Positions 35,718 through 50,935 are shown, counted from the first letter of the stretch. The stretch: 64,000 nucleotides of DNA from Eledone cirrhosa (GCA_964016885.1 OZ024757.1:29760001-29824000), one strand, 5' to 3'. The notes: generated by a model not told the origin, from the letters alone. Program-made: numbers and translations.

Positions 35718-36039
35718 TTGCTAAGAGAACCCCTCAGAAAAAGATATTCGTCAACCCAGAATAGAAATATATATTTGCATTTGAAAAAACAATTACTGTA
35801 ATGTTTTACCAAATAATTCTCACTGAAGCCACTATGTAAAATGGGCGTTGACTGGTCCAAAAGGCGGTGTACATGAAGGCGGTGTACATGACAACAGTTA
35901 ACTACCGAAGATGACGCGTTACAATTAGACAGCGTTGACACCGGAATATTATGTCGAGAGGTTCAAAGAATGAAATATGTCATTTGTATTGCTCTTTCTA
36001 TTTAGTGTATTATTTGTTAATTAAATCCCTATTTCTATT

Positions 36040-36447
36040 GTCCAGGTATCTTCTCCCTGACACGTCTTACAGAGGGTTCTATCTGAAGCCACCGTCTCTA
36101 AAGAATTTGGCTGCACCTTCTAAAGCGAACACCCAAGGCCGTGGGTGTTATCCAACCACCTCGTTCGGGGCTTAGCCAACTGGCAGGAGACCTTGGGGTT
36201 TGTCCGTAAAATCTGTCCAGCGATGTTTTTTTTCCTTAGACATTCTAACCACATATCCCTATTACTGGAGCTGTGATCTCTCAATGCGGAGAAGTAGAGG
36301 CTCTATCTGTAGAGACTCCCTGATCTCCAAGCTACATACCTTATCGAGTAATGTGACTCAGAAGACCCTTCAGAGAAATCCCATTTCGGCCACACTTATA
36401 TTTGCGATCGCATTCTTTTGGCCAGTACTCAAGATTTATGACCATAG
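36040..36447 (-). pseudogene. RTE LINE (Rex3/Expander-like) ORF 3' fragment, dead
   Basis: Minus translation with stops and frameshifts: YGH..RMRSQI/VAEMGFL*RV..LLDKVCSLEIRESLQIEPLLLRIERSQL...KPRTRWLDN. Confidence 0.85.
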
Positions 36448-36720
36448 AAATGATAGGCACGAAGATAACTAGTTCAGCTATACAAATAGCTTCATTATTT
36501 TAATCTCTTGCAGGCTACAATTATACTTTGACCCAGAAGCAGGATCTTAGAAGTGGCATTGGGTGGCAAGAACATGCACTATATTTTGTTATTATTATTT
36601 GCAAGCAAGGGCCTTGTTTCAGGGGATATCAGGAGACAAGCCCCTCCCCACTTTTTCAAACGTCTATCTTTTATTTTTTTTGTTTATTTGATATAATAAA
36701 TTCTTTTTAAGCTTATTTAT

Positions 36721-36935
36721 GAAGGCGTGTGGCTGAGTGGTTAGGGAATTGGTTTCGCAATCGTAAGGTTGTGAGTTCGATTCCTGGACCAGGTGATGCG
36801 TTATGTCCTTGAGCAAGACACTTTATTTCACGTTGCTCCTTCTACCTGGAGTTGCGACCGATAGATAGTATTAGCAATTGGAAAGACCAACGGAAACATT
36901 ATTCCCTCGGTCCGATTAGACGAAAGTCGATCGTT
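36721..36935 (+). mobile_element. SINE family B (tail type 3)
   Basis: gaaggcgtgtggctgagtggttagg...gagttcgattcc...tgtccttgagcaagacactttatttcacg, with the same tail as the 53557 copy. Confidence 0.85.
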
Positions 36936-37314
36936 CCTATATAAGCTTATTTTTTTATATCTGAACTTCATTTGAATATATAAAATTTAATTAGCGTAAC
37001 ATTTTCCTTATGTGATAGGGTACGGGAAAGGCACCATAAGCAATAAGTGTTGGTTTGTCCCCCTCACATTTTAAAGGAAAACGAGGCCCCTGTTTCCAAG
37101 TATCAACCAAATTGAACAGGTATATTATCGAAAATTAGTAGAACCTTCATTTGGGTCATCTTCTCTGTATTTATGCTTACTCTGATCGCTCGACAAGATC
37201 CCAGACCTCATTCGCTTGCCGAGTCGGGTGGACCTCGTCAAATCGGACCTAGGAAACAATGTGCACTCTGGTAAGAGCATGGAGGATGTGAGACATAACT
37301 TGTCAATTTAAATA

Positions 37315-37475
37315 TTGTTTCTACTTTTGGTACAAGGCCAGCAAATACACAGTGCATTACTGGTATTTTATTTTATCGACCCTGCAAGGATGAAAGGCAC
37401 AGTTAACCTCGGCGGGATTTGAACTCGGAAAGTAAAGGGCCATAACTCTATGCTGCAAAGTATCCACCACCCTTG
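37315..37475 (-). mobile_element. SINE family A
   Basis: Family A motifs. Confidence 0.85.
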
Positions 37476-38029
37476 GTGTCAATTTAAATTATATATACTT
37501 ACAATGTCATGAAAGGCCATTGACTGAAGACCATTATATATACATAACTGAGCAGTATCTAATAAAAACAAAACGCACTTCTAAAGGGAACAGAAAAGGA
37601 AGAAGAAAAAATAAAACTAATGAACAGAAAGAAGGATCAAACGACGAAAGGGAGAAGGGGAAAGACAGTTACTACACCACAGTCTGAGCGATGCCTCAGC
37701 TGCGCCCCGCTGACAAGATAGCAACAGCATTACCGCGGAGAATGGCCAGAAAACCCTGCTAACCAACCACCCGATCTCACAGGGCTCCCACCTCAAGCGA
37801 GATGTCTTTTGTAATGGAATTTTTTTTTTTTTCATAAATTGTAAAGAGTGGTGTTAGTGTTTTGTATTGAAGAACAGATATATTGGAACAGTCTCAGATA
37901 AGCTCGTATATTTGTCTATCTCTATTGCCAAGTTCTTGCATTAACATAGTTCTCCAGCATATTCAACGAATTTTCACTCAACAAAGCACCATTGAAGCAG
38001 ATTATTTTAAGCAAACATATATTCAAAAC

Positions 38030-38395
38030 TCAGTGTGTGTGTTTATGTGTGAATGTATGTATGTTATATATATATATATATATATATACGTGTGTGGGTG
38101 TGTGTACATATATATATATATACACATATGTGTGTATGTATATACATATATATATATGTGTGTATGTATATACATATATATATATATATACATATGTGTG
38201 TATGTATATACATATATATATATATACATATATATATATACATATATATATATATACATACATATGTATATATATATATACACACGTGTGTATGTATATA
38301 CATATGTATATATATATATAAATAGTGTGTGTATATATACATATATGTGTGTGCGTGTGTATGTATATATATACATGTGTGTATATACTTATATA

Positions 38396-38453
<58 letters not shown>

Positions 38454-38555
38454 CATGTGTGTATGTATATATATACATATGTGTGTGTATGTATATATAT
38501 ATACATGTATGTATATATATATATATATGTGTGTGTGTGTCTATATATATATATT
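38030..38555. repeat. TA/TG microsatellite
   Basis: Direct inspection. Confidence 0.95.
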
Positions 38556-38869
38556 CGCTGTCAACTTTTCTAAACAATAAATATAACAGAAATATAACAG
38601 AATTGGTGGCACGACCTTCCCACTTTAGAAACCCTTTGCGTGTTGTCTTCATTCTAAAGTATTCTGTAAGGATTCCTTTTGCAATCAAGCAGTCCATTCA
38701 AAAGAATGAGACCATAAAACAACAACAACTACAGCACTATATTAAAATAGTGTTGCATTCAAAAACAATCCGTATATTATATATTTCCTGAAATGAGAAA
38801 CGTGACGATGTCTTCTTGAGATGAAGTCTGTCTACATCTTGTCATTGTGTTTTTTTTTTTTTTTTATAT

Positions 38870-39395
38870 TACTCTCCTGCTCTCCTCCACCCCTCTCCCT
38901 CCTCTGTTTCTCTCTTCTTCCTCTACCTCTCCTTCTTCTGTCTCTCCCTTTCCTTCCTCTGCCTCTCCTCCCCCTGCTCTCTCCCTCCTCTGTCTCTCCT
39001 TCTGCCCCTCGCTCCTCTCCCTCTCCTTGCTCTGCCTCTCCCGCCTCTCCTCTTCTTCCTCTCCCTCTCCTCCCCTTCACTTCGTCATGCTTCCATGTGT
39101 TCCCCCACTTCTCTTTCCCCTCTTTCTTAAACTCATCATACTTCTCTATTATCTCCTCCATCATCATCTTTATTTCCTTGTGCTTCTATGTTTTTCTTCC
39201 TTCCCCTTCTCTTCCTCACCTCACCTCGTTGTTTCTTTGTTTTTTCTCTCTTCCCGCTCCTCACCTCGTCAACTTTCTATTCGTTTCTCTCTCCCTATCT
39301 CCTCTCCCCCTCTCCTCATACATCTATGCTTCTTTATCCCCCTCTCTCATTAACTATCATATTTCCATGCGTCTCTCCTTCTCCTCCTGTCTTAT
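38870..39395. repeat. CT-rich polypyrimidine low-complexity tract
   Basis: Direct inspection. Confidence 0.85.
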
Positions 39396-39427
39396 TCACT
39401 CGTCAGTCATCATCAACAGTTTACAGT

Positions 39428-39742
39428 AGTGGCACTCCGTCGGTCACGACGACGAGAATTTCTGTCGATACCATCAGCGGAATAATAGCCTACTCATGAA
39501 ATTAACGTGCAAGCAGCTGAGCATTCCACAAACATGCATGCCTTTAACGTAGTTCTCGGGGAGATTTAGCGTGACAAAGAATGTTACAAGGCCAGCTCTG
39601 CGATTTACAGGTACAACTAACTGGAGTAACGTAAAATGAGTGGACTGGAGTATCGTAAAATAAAGTGTCTTGCTCAAGGGCACAGCACGCCACTGGGAAT
39701 CGAACTCACGACCTTACGATCGTGAACCACAAACTACGTCCC
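39428..39742 (-). mobile_element. SINE family B (tail type 1)
   Basis: Reverse complement of the 4868 copy (tggcactccgtcggt...gtgtcttgctcaagg...gggaatcgaactcacgacc). Confidence 0.85.
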
Positions 39743-40602
39743 TTTACTCAACAGTTTATAATATCTCTATATCAGACATGCCAACCTCTTAAACCACGAA
39801 CGAGGAGTATCATGAAAAGTAGTGCCCCAAAACGGGGAGATTTTACCTAATCAAAGCTATACACATTTTCACAAGAGATGACTTCTCTCACCCACCCCAA
39901 ATTGGGTGGGAGATTTCCTCGTCGGACGGGAAGAGTCGACGGGACTGGACAGGTGAAACATTAACCTATTTCTCATTTAGTAAAGTGTTTTTCGCAAAGA
40001 CTCCATTCGCCTATCGAGAATCAAACTCACTGCTTTACGATCGGTAGCTGTACATCCTAACCACAAAGCCACGCGCCTTCACAGTATAAGGGATAAATAC
40101 ATAAGGAACACACGTTTTAAAAGATTCTGTTAGAAATATTTCCTGCGGGGCATATTCAAACGGTCAAATCACACTTCGGAAAATGGCGTATATGTGTCAG
40201 TGTTTCAATACATGAGGGATAATGGGGCAATAGGGAGATTATACATAAGGAAAGCTATATCCATTTTCATACGAGAAGTCATATCTCACCCACCCCAATG
40301 AGAGACTGGAGTTGGAGTAAGTACAGGGATGGGGTTAAAATAAGTACAGAAACGTGCATATATATATATATATATATACAAATGGAAGTCTAGTAAAATT
40401 GAAGTTTCAGCTGTAGCCAAGCAAACGAAATACAATCAGGAATTATGCAGCCAAGCACTCAATGAGGCTGTGCTCAGAGTTAGATAGCAGCACATACGTT
40501 AGATAGCAGGACAAATTGAAAAGTGTGGCAGGCAAGCCTAGCCACAACACCGATAAATGGAAACTATATTTATAAAACATGTAGAGAGAGAGAGAGAGTA
40601 TA

Positions 40603-40880
40603 AAGTCTGTCTTAAGCAAAAAGGCTCATTTGGCCGGTGCTTATCTCGGTTTCATGGAGTGAAGCGACTGAGAGTACAAGACTTCTCCCTGGACAGGACG
40701 CCAGTCCATCGCAGGGTTAGACCCCAGCTATTGCTGGTATTCATTTTCAGCTGAGTATACTGGAGCAACGTGAAATGAAGTGTTTTGCTCAAGAACACAA
40801 TACGCAATCCACCCTAGGAATCGAACCCACGATATTATGATCGTAAGTCCAACACCCTTACCGATAGGTTACGTGCCTTC
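40603..40880 (-). mobile_element. SINE family B (tail type 2), full length
   Basis: Minus head gaaggcacgtaacctatcggtaagggtgttggacttacgatc...gggttcgattcc, then CORE and tail. Confidence 0.85.
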
Positions 40881-40887
40881 ATAGATA

Positions 40888-41628
40888 TGTTTCTTTTATT
40901 TGCCACTAGGGCATCAAAAGTGGGACAAGTACAAAGGGGGGAGTTTACACAAAAAGGCGTCCTCAATAAGGAGGAGGCAATAACAAAATATAAAAATAAA
41001 ATAAGATATAACAAAAAATAAAATTTTTAACAAAATCCTCAATAGAGAGGAGGCGCCTTGGGGGGTCGCACACACCCCCGAAAAAAGTGTGCAACCCTTC
41101 TCCTCAGGAGCACAGAGAAGGGGTGCTCCCTTGGTCTTTCATCTTCCTCACCTATAGTCTGATGTAGAGTGAAGGCCCATTCACACGGGCCATTCTCGCC
41201 ACTTTCACCCATCTTTCATAGAAACGGCTGGGGTGCAGCACCTCTCTCTCCATCCTGATCCTTCTTCCGAAATGATATCGGAAGAAACGGACCAGTTGTT
41301 GGCCAGAGAGAAAGGTGCCTGACCTCAGTCCTTTCAGACGCGTCCACCATACAACCTCTTTCGCCATGGCTATTACGCACAGAAACACCGCCTCTGCTTC
41401 ATCTTTGAAGGGGGGAGGCGGCTTGATCATTACAATAGACTCGGTGGTCAACCGGATCGGTCCCACCCTTGACAGCAGTTGTTCGACATAGCCCCACAGA
41501 TCGGCTACGCTCGAGCAGTGTACCAATGCGTGTGCAACGGTTTCCTCGTCGCACACGCATCTGGGACAGATCTTTTTGGCGGGGTCGCTACCCGGGCGCT
41601 CGTGTCTGTAGAGCCTTTCTCGAACGGG
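40888..41628 (-). mobile_element. 5'-truncated L1/Tx1-clade LINE (ORF2 C-terminus with CCHC zf-RVT motif and 3' UTR)
   Basis: Open frame 41628>41152: PVRERLYRH...CPRCVCDEETVAHALVHC..V.DLW...AKEVVWWTR...FYERW. aataaa near the 3' end. TSD gccttcatagata at 40875-40887 and 41628-41640. Confidence 0.9.
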
Positions 41629-41811
41629 CCTTCATAGATAGATAGATATACATATCTAACTGTCGAAACGGCCGGAGTTCAGCCGTGGGTATCCGGACTC
41701 TCTTCTTTATATATATATTAAAGTAACAGATTAATGTTATTTTTTAAAATATTTGCTCTACGGTTTTTATATATATTTATTTATATATTATACTTATCGA
41801 GCCCTCTTCGG

Positions 41812-41871
<60 letters not shown>

Positions 41872-41874
<3 letters not shown>

Positions 41875-42180
41875 GATATTAAATAAATGGAAACTATATT
41901 TATAAAACCATATTTATTTCATTATACATATTTCAGGGATACCAAATTAAAATATGGTATGCCTTCATCAGACAAAATACAATATATAAACAGTTTTATA
42001 AATAATTTTGACGTACCCTATTAAATGCAACCATTATTTTTGGAAGCTGATTGGTTTTATAAATATAGTTTCCATTTATTTAATATCGTATATCTACTCC
42101 AAAAACTTGTCGAGTGCTTTATATCAGTAATAAAATATTTACTTGTTGTATCCCAACAATTTTAAATAGAACTTTTGCAT
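41872..42180. mobile_element. HHR-bearing Penelope-like terminus with an inverted partial copy
   Basis: 41872-42040 is the reverse complement of about 52160-52330, and 42052-42180 is a direct copy of about 52291-52419. TA arrays lie on both sides. Confidence 0.7.
41915..41979 (-). ncRNA. minimal type I hammerhead ribozyme (same family as 52221)
   Basis: Minus strand: tattttgt-CTGATGA-aggcatacca...tggtatccct-GAAA-tatgta-TA-atgaaata. Confidence 0.7.
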
Positions 42181-42467
42181 ATATATATATATATATAACA
42201 AAGAGAGTGCGGTAAAATAGTGGTAAGTTAATTTACTAGAGCTGTGATGGTAGGCGATCAAACAAAGTATATCTTGGAGGAATTGGAACGCGAAATGTAT
42301 TCTATGACATCACAAGAGAACTATTGGTTTACAGAACCTGCAGGGAGGACAGCAACGCAATCAGTTCGGCACACTTGACATCCAGCCAATTTAACCAAAC
42401 CCTGATATATATATATATATATATATATATAAAGAGAGAGAGAGAGAGAAATATATATATATATGTA

Positions 42468-42642
42468 TAGGTTTATATGTGTGTGATTCTAAATATATAA
42501 ATAAATATATACATATATAGGTTTATATGTGTGTGATTCTAAATATATAAATAAATATATACATATATAGGTTTATATGTGTGTGATTCTAAATATATAA
42601 ATAAATATATACATATATAGGTTTATATGTGTGTGATTCTAG
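42468..42642. repeat. 50-bp minisatellite, about 3.5 copies
   Basis: taggtttatatgtgtgtgattctaaatatataaataaatatatacatata repeated. Confidence 0.9.
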
Positions 42643-42691
42643 ATATATATATATATATACATACATATATATATACATATATATATACACA

Positions 42692-42743
<52 letters not shown>

Positions 42744-42940
42744 CATATACATATATATATATACATATACATATATATATACACATATATATATACACAT
42801 ATATATATACACATATATATACATATATATATATATATACATATATATATACATATATATATATATATACATATATATATACATATATATATACAGATAT
42901 ATACAGATATATACATATATATATATATACATATATATAC

Positions 42941-42975
<35 letters not shown>

Positions 42976-43265
42976 CATATATATACATATATATATATAT
43001 GCATATATATATATACATATATATATATACATATATATATATACATATATATACATATATATATATATACACATATATATTTATATACATATATATATAT
43101 ACACATATATATATATATACATATATATATATACACATATATATATATACACATATATATATATACACATATATATATATACACATATATATATATACAC
43201 ATATATATATATACATATATATATATACACATATATATATATATACATATATATATATACACATA

Positions 43266-43297
<32 letters not shown>

Positions 43298-43391
43298 CAT
43301 ATATATATATACATATATATATATATACATATATACATATACATATATATATATACATATATATATATATACATATATATATATACACATA

Positions 43392-43423
<32 letters not shown>

Positions 43424-43468
43424 CATATATATATATACATATATATATATATACATATATACATATAC

Positions 43469-43519
<51 letters not shown>

Positions 43520-43564
43520 CATATATATATATACATATATATATATATACATATATACATATAC

Positions 43565-43615
<51 letters not shown>

Positions 43616-43686
43616 CATATACATATATATATATACATATACATATATATATACATATATATATATATACATATACATATATATAC

Positions 43687-43731
<45 letters not shown>

Positions 43732-43772
43732 TATACATATATATATATACATATATATATACATATATATAC

Positions 43773-43821
<49 letters not shown>

Positions 43822-43838
43822 CATATACATATAAATAC

Positions 43839-43905
<67 letters not shown>

Positions 43906-44121
43906 CATATATATATATACATATATATACATATATATATATATATACATATATATATACATATATACATATATATATACATATGTATATATATACATAT
44001 ATATATATACATATATACATATATATATTTATACATATATATATACATATACATATATACATATATATATATGTATAAATATACATATATATATATATAT
44101 AAATATACATATATATATACG

Positions 44122-44188
<67 letters not shown>

Positions 44189-44213
44189 GTATATATATAT
44201 GTATATATATATG

Positions 44214-44244
<31 letters not shown>

Positions 44245-44271
44245 GTATATATATATATGTATATATATATG

Positions 44272-44302
<31 letters not shown>

Positions 44303-44361
44303 GTATATATATATATGTATATATATATATATGTATATATATATATGTATATATATATATG

Positions 44362-44426
<65 letters not shown>

Positions 44427-44454
44427 GTATATATGTATATATATATATGTATAT

Positions 44455-44486
<32 letters not shown>

Positions 44487-44493
44487 GTATATG

Positions 44494-44574
<81 letters not shown>

Positions 44575-44761
44575 GTATATGTATATATATGTATATATAT
44601 ATATATGTATATATATATATGTATATATATATATATGTATATATATATATGTATATATATATGTATATATATATGTATATATATATATGTATATATATAT
44701 GTATATATATATGTATATATATATGTATATATATGTATATATATATATGTATATATATATG

Positions 44762-44818
<57 letters not shown>

Positions 44819-44823
44819 ATATG

Positions 44824-44872
<49 letters not shown>

Positions 44873-44899
44873 GTATATATATGTATATATATATATGTG

Positions 44900-44949
<50 letters not shown>

Positions 44950-44997
44950 TATGTATATACATATGTATATGTATATATATATATGTATATATATATG

Positions 44998-45028
<31 letters not shown>

Positions 45029-45029
45029 G

Positions 45030-45062
<33 letters not shown>

Positions 45063-45063
45063 G

Positions 45064-45114
<51 letters not shown>

Positions 45115-45115
45115 G

Positions 45116-45146
<31 letters not shown>

Positions 45147-45189
45147 GTATATATATATATGTATATATATATATGTATATATATATATG

Positions 45190-45247
<58 letters not shown>

Positions 45248-45273
45248 ATATATAATATATATATATATATATA

Positions 45274-45327
<54 letters not shown>

Positions 45328-45345
45328 AGAAATATATATATACGT
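42643..45345. repeat. ~2.7-kb TA-based satellite, a TACA half followed by a TATG half
   Basis: Polarity switch at about 44165. Confidence 0.95.
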
Positions 45346-45852
45346 ATATGTATATCTATATATCTACAATCACACACACATATATATAGATATGCGTGTG
45401 TTGTATGTGTGTATGTATATATACATATACATATGTATAGACACATATGTTACATATATGGATATACATACACATATATTATATATACGAACAGATGTGT
45501 TATTTGTATTATGCTATACAATATATCCGTACGCGTGTTTTGTACACACACATACGCATACACACACTGAGAGACACACCCACTCACACATACAGCACAC
45601 ATACATACGCACACATGAACGCGCGCACACACCCACATACGTGAACAATGTGAGATCAACTTACAACAATGCCAGAACAAATACAATGCGTTCTATTTTC
45701 CCCGATTTCCTTCATTAAAATTGTAATTCTTTCTTCGGCTTATCGATTGCCGAAGAATAATCTCGACCAGTACCTTCTTTAGTCAAGGCATTGTGTATAC
45801 AAAGAACCAGGGGAATTGTTATCAATGCTGAGAGATCGTTATTTTGCTGATT

Positions 45853-46370
45853 ATTGTCTAAATATTCTCGTTGAGTTGAAACATTTGGTGATTCTCCCTA
45901 GCTACTTATTGCTTTCTAATTCTGGAAGAGACTCCCGACTTCTTTGGTCCTCGTACTATTTCCTATATAGACCAGTCAATTCTCCCCGTCCGATGGGTAG
46001 ATCTGCCACCCACTTTTGGGTGAATGACAAATGTCTTCTGTTGTGAAAATGGATATTGCTTTCATTGTGTAAAATCTCCCCATTTTGGGGCCGTTTTTTC
46101 ATGGTACTCACCGTTTGTATTTTTAGAGGTTGGCAGGTTTGTTGTTGTCTAAATATTCTCGCTGGGTTGAAATATTTGGTGACTCACTCTAGCTACTTTT
46201 TGCTTTCTAATTCTGGAAGAGACTTCCGACGTTCTTGGTCTTCGTGTCATTTCTCTACAGACCTGTCAACTCTCTCCGTCCGATGGGCATATCTGCCACC
46301 TTATTTGAAGTGGATGAGAAATGGCTTCTCTTGTGAAAATGGGTTTAGCTTTCATTATGTAAAATCCTCC
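45853..46370 (-). repeat. ~290-bp tandem duplication of a dispersed unclassified repeat
   Basis: ttgtctaaatattctcg...tgtaaaatc occurs twice. The reverse complement is related to 39778-39955 and 62018-62217 (tgccaa(c/a)ct...ggggagattttac...ttttcacaagaga). Confidence 0.8.
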
Positions 46371-46789
46371 TGAAAAAACGCCTGACATTGCAAATATATA
46401 TGGAGTTAAAAACGTGAAAATATTCATGATTATAAGACGAATTGGTATATAATATAACAGCGCCCCCTTGCTTTAAATATTCCAGACGATGCCGTCACTG
46501 TACCGTGGAGATATAAAATATTCTTTTACAATCATTTGTAATTTTAAAAAATGTTGATACCTTTTGAATTAAATATAGAAATCAGCGTTGAGAATTGAAC
46601 GAAAGACTATATAGCGCTAAATAGATAGATATAAGTAAGATAAATAACTTGGTGAATATACATAATGTATGTTTTAGAAATAGAATAAGAACTGTCTAAT
46701 AACTTATGGTTCAATGGTTAACATATTTGATTCTAATTGAAATATATGTTTGATTCGTAAAATGTGTCTTTGATGTGTTGTTTGTTGTA

Positions 46790-47867
<1,078 letters not shown>

Positions 47868-48083
47868 GATAAATCTACCAAGAGTTTACGGTAGTGAAGA
47901 CGGCGTATATATGTGTTAGGTATGTATATTTAATCTTGATAATTTGTATAATTTTGTATAATTTTGTACATAGATCTGTTGAATATGCATACCAATTATA
48001 ACACATATATACCCTAGAAACGATCGTTAAATAATGAACTTTTTTTGTTTAATATAAGGAATTGTTTATTCATTATTTCTTTA

Positions 48084-48123
<40 letters not shown>

Positions 48124-48781
48124 TATATATGTAAACATACATAGATACATATATACATACATACATAATATACCAACCCACTTGGACCAAAGTATGACTG
48201 AATTTGGATTTGCGGACAAAAAGCGCAGCTCCCTAATTCATAGTCTAGAAGTGGCTTCGATAGCTGGCACCTTCAACATTTGCAAAACATTCTTGCGATT
48301 CAAGGGATGACAATTTCTTTTCTTTTAAAATCTTGCCACCAGTAAGGTGGCCGGTCAAGAAAAATATACACGAAATTAAGAAAAAGAGATATACATATAT
48401 ATGAAAAAGTTTGTCCTCATCAGTGGCCATCCAACCGTCGTAGGCATTTCGTCGCATTAAAGGCCATATACCTCAGGTTGGTGCGAGCAACGGCTAAAAA
48501 AAAGTCGTTGGGACACATAAATAGAGGGGACGTTAGGGTAAACAAACAAAATGGTTTAAGCAGCAGAAAGTTATGAAGAAGGAAACAAGTCCCAGATTTC
48601 TATGAATATAAATTCGGTGGAATCGTGAACGAGAGAATAAAGACCATCAAACCTGGTTGAAATGTGAGCAAGGAAGGAATTTCGCACAGGTCTAACGGGA
48701 GGAAGAAGGGGTCTGGTCTGCGAATTCGGTAAACATAAGTTCTGTGAAGTCGCAGACGAGAGAGAGAGAAAAAAAATGCTC

Positions 48782-48841
<60 letters not shown>

Positions 48842-48918
48842 AGATCAGTCCCACAAACTGTAGAGTGCTTCTTATCCGATATCTGCATTGCTTTATTGTA
48901 CTACAATAAAACTCACCT

Positions 48919-48986
<68 letters not shown>

Positions 48987-50222
48987 GTGTGTGTGTGAAT
49001 GTGTGTATTTATGCGAGAATAGATACAAGAAAATTCCATAATTTTCACTTGAAGCCAACAGTGTTTTCACCTCTCAAACAGCATTAGCTTCATATAGAAA
49101 TGTCTATTTAATAATACGCCATGTCCAAACTAATAGGAGTTTATACTCAACTGTCTACCGTATGTATATATATATGTATATGTGAGTGTGTGTTTATGTA
49201 TGTATGGATGCATGTATTATATGTTTATATATATACATATATGTGTATATATATATATGTATATATATATATATGTATATATATATATGTATATAGATAT
49301 GTGTGTATATAGTGACGAAATATAAGTCAATTGCATGAACTCATAATCCTTTATGTGTATATATATATATATGTCTATATATATATATATATGTGTGTAT
49401 ATATATATGTATATATATATATATGTATATATATATGTATATATATATAAATATATATATGTATATATATGTATATATATATAAACATATATATAAACAT
49501 ATATATAAATATATATGTATTTATATAAATGTATATGAATATATAAATGTATATATATATATAAATGTATATATATATATAAATGTATATATATATAATC
49601 CATGCATGTTTGTACGTATGTACATATGTGTATATATGTGTATGTGTCTGTCTCTCTCTCTCTCTCTATATATATATGTATAGGTTTGTGAGGGTTTATG
49701 TGTATGTGTATATATATGTGTGTGTGTGTGTGTGTCTGTGTGTATTGTGAGTGTGTGTGTATGCATGTATACGTTTATGTGTGTGTGTGTGTGTATATAT
49801 ATATACGTATGTTCGTATATATATATATATAGGTGTGTGTAAATACATATATTTATTTATTCCCCCCCCCCCCACCTTCCGTTGTCAACCCGTCCCTTTT
49901 TGCTTTCATTTTATTTCCTATCCTATATTTTTTTTATATTTGATCCCCCAACTACTTCCCAATGTGTCGTTGCGCATATGTGAGTGAAAGATCACACGCA
50001 TATGTGTGTATTTGTATTTCCATGCAAACGCACATATGCTTATGTGTGAATGTATATGTTTACGTACTATGACGTATATGAATGAGTTTGTGTATGTTCA
50101 TGTATTTGAATATTTATTTATTAATATTTTTCCCCTCAATTTTTGCCCGTTATTTTATTTCAGCCTCACTTTCATTTATCCTATACTCTGTTTTCAAATC
50201 CATATTACTACTTCATAAATAA

Positions 50223-50290
50223 ATGTCCTTCTGATGAATGAAGACAGACATAAATATCTGTCTTCATGGAAACCACTGGTAAATGAAATA
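50223..50290 (+). ncRNA. hammerhead-like motif with an intact core and weak stem I
   Basis: CTGATGA-atgaagacaga/tctgtcttcat (11-bp stem II)-g-GAAA-ccactgg-TA. Stem III is acca/tggt and the triplet is GUA. Confidence 0.55.
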
Positions 50291-50754
50291 ATTATCTTAT
50301 GTGGTTTATTACATAACTAAAAAGCTCTGTAGCCTACATAGAGCACTCTCTTTTCCTTTGCCTTTCCTAGAGAAATACTTCATTTATTTATATATATGAG
50401 TGTATATATGATAATTTATTCGTGTGTAACGTGTTATAAGTCAGTCAGTATTATCGATAATTCTCTAGAAACCAAAATATCGATACTCTATCAGATAATT
50501 ACAATAACCCCATTCGTCTAATAAACACATTCATTTTGCATTAGACAATATTAAAAATGTTATCTGCCTGTCAATATCCCTTCACACTAAACTGAACGGT
50601 AATTTATTGTATTTTACTTTTTTCGCACTATTTTTTACCATTATTGCTATTCCAAACTCTTCATGTTCTCGCCTAATCTTTCTTCATACATAGCTCTCTC
50701 TTTTACTCCCATTCTATACATAAATGTATATTTAGAGAGAGAAAAAAGGTGTGT

Positions 50755-50935
50755 ATATATATATATATATACTGCTCTCTTTCTCCTTTCTCTCTCTCTA
50801 TTATATACATATATATATATATATACATGTGTATATATATACTGCTCTCTTTCTCCTTTCTCTCTCTATTATATACATATATATATATATACATCTCTCT
50901 TTCTCCTTTCTCTCTCTCTATTATATACATATATA
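50755..50935. repeat. three copies of ctctctttctcctttctctctctctattatatacata separated by TA runs
   Basis: Direct inspection. Confidence 0.85.

Noticed and set aside
38821-39499. Leu/Ser/Pro-rich and Arg/Gly/Glu-rich ORFs
   Set aside because: Products of a CT-rich low-complexity tract.
48405-48470. Minus-strand CTGATGAGGAC with a nearby GAAA (possible hammerhead)
   Set aside because: No complementary stem II or properly ordered GAAA could be found.
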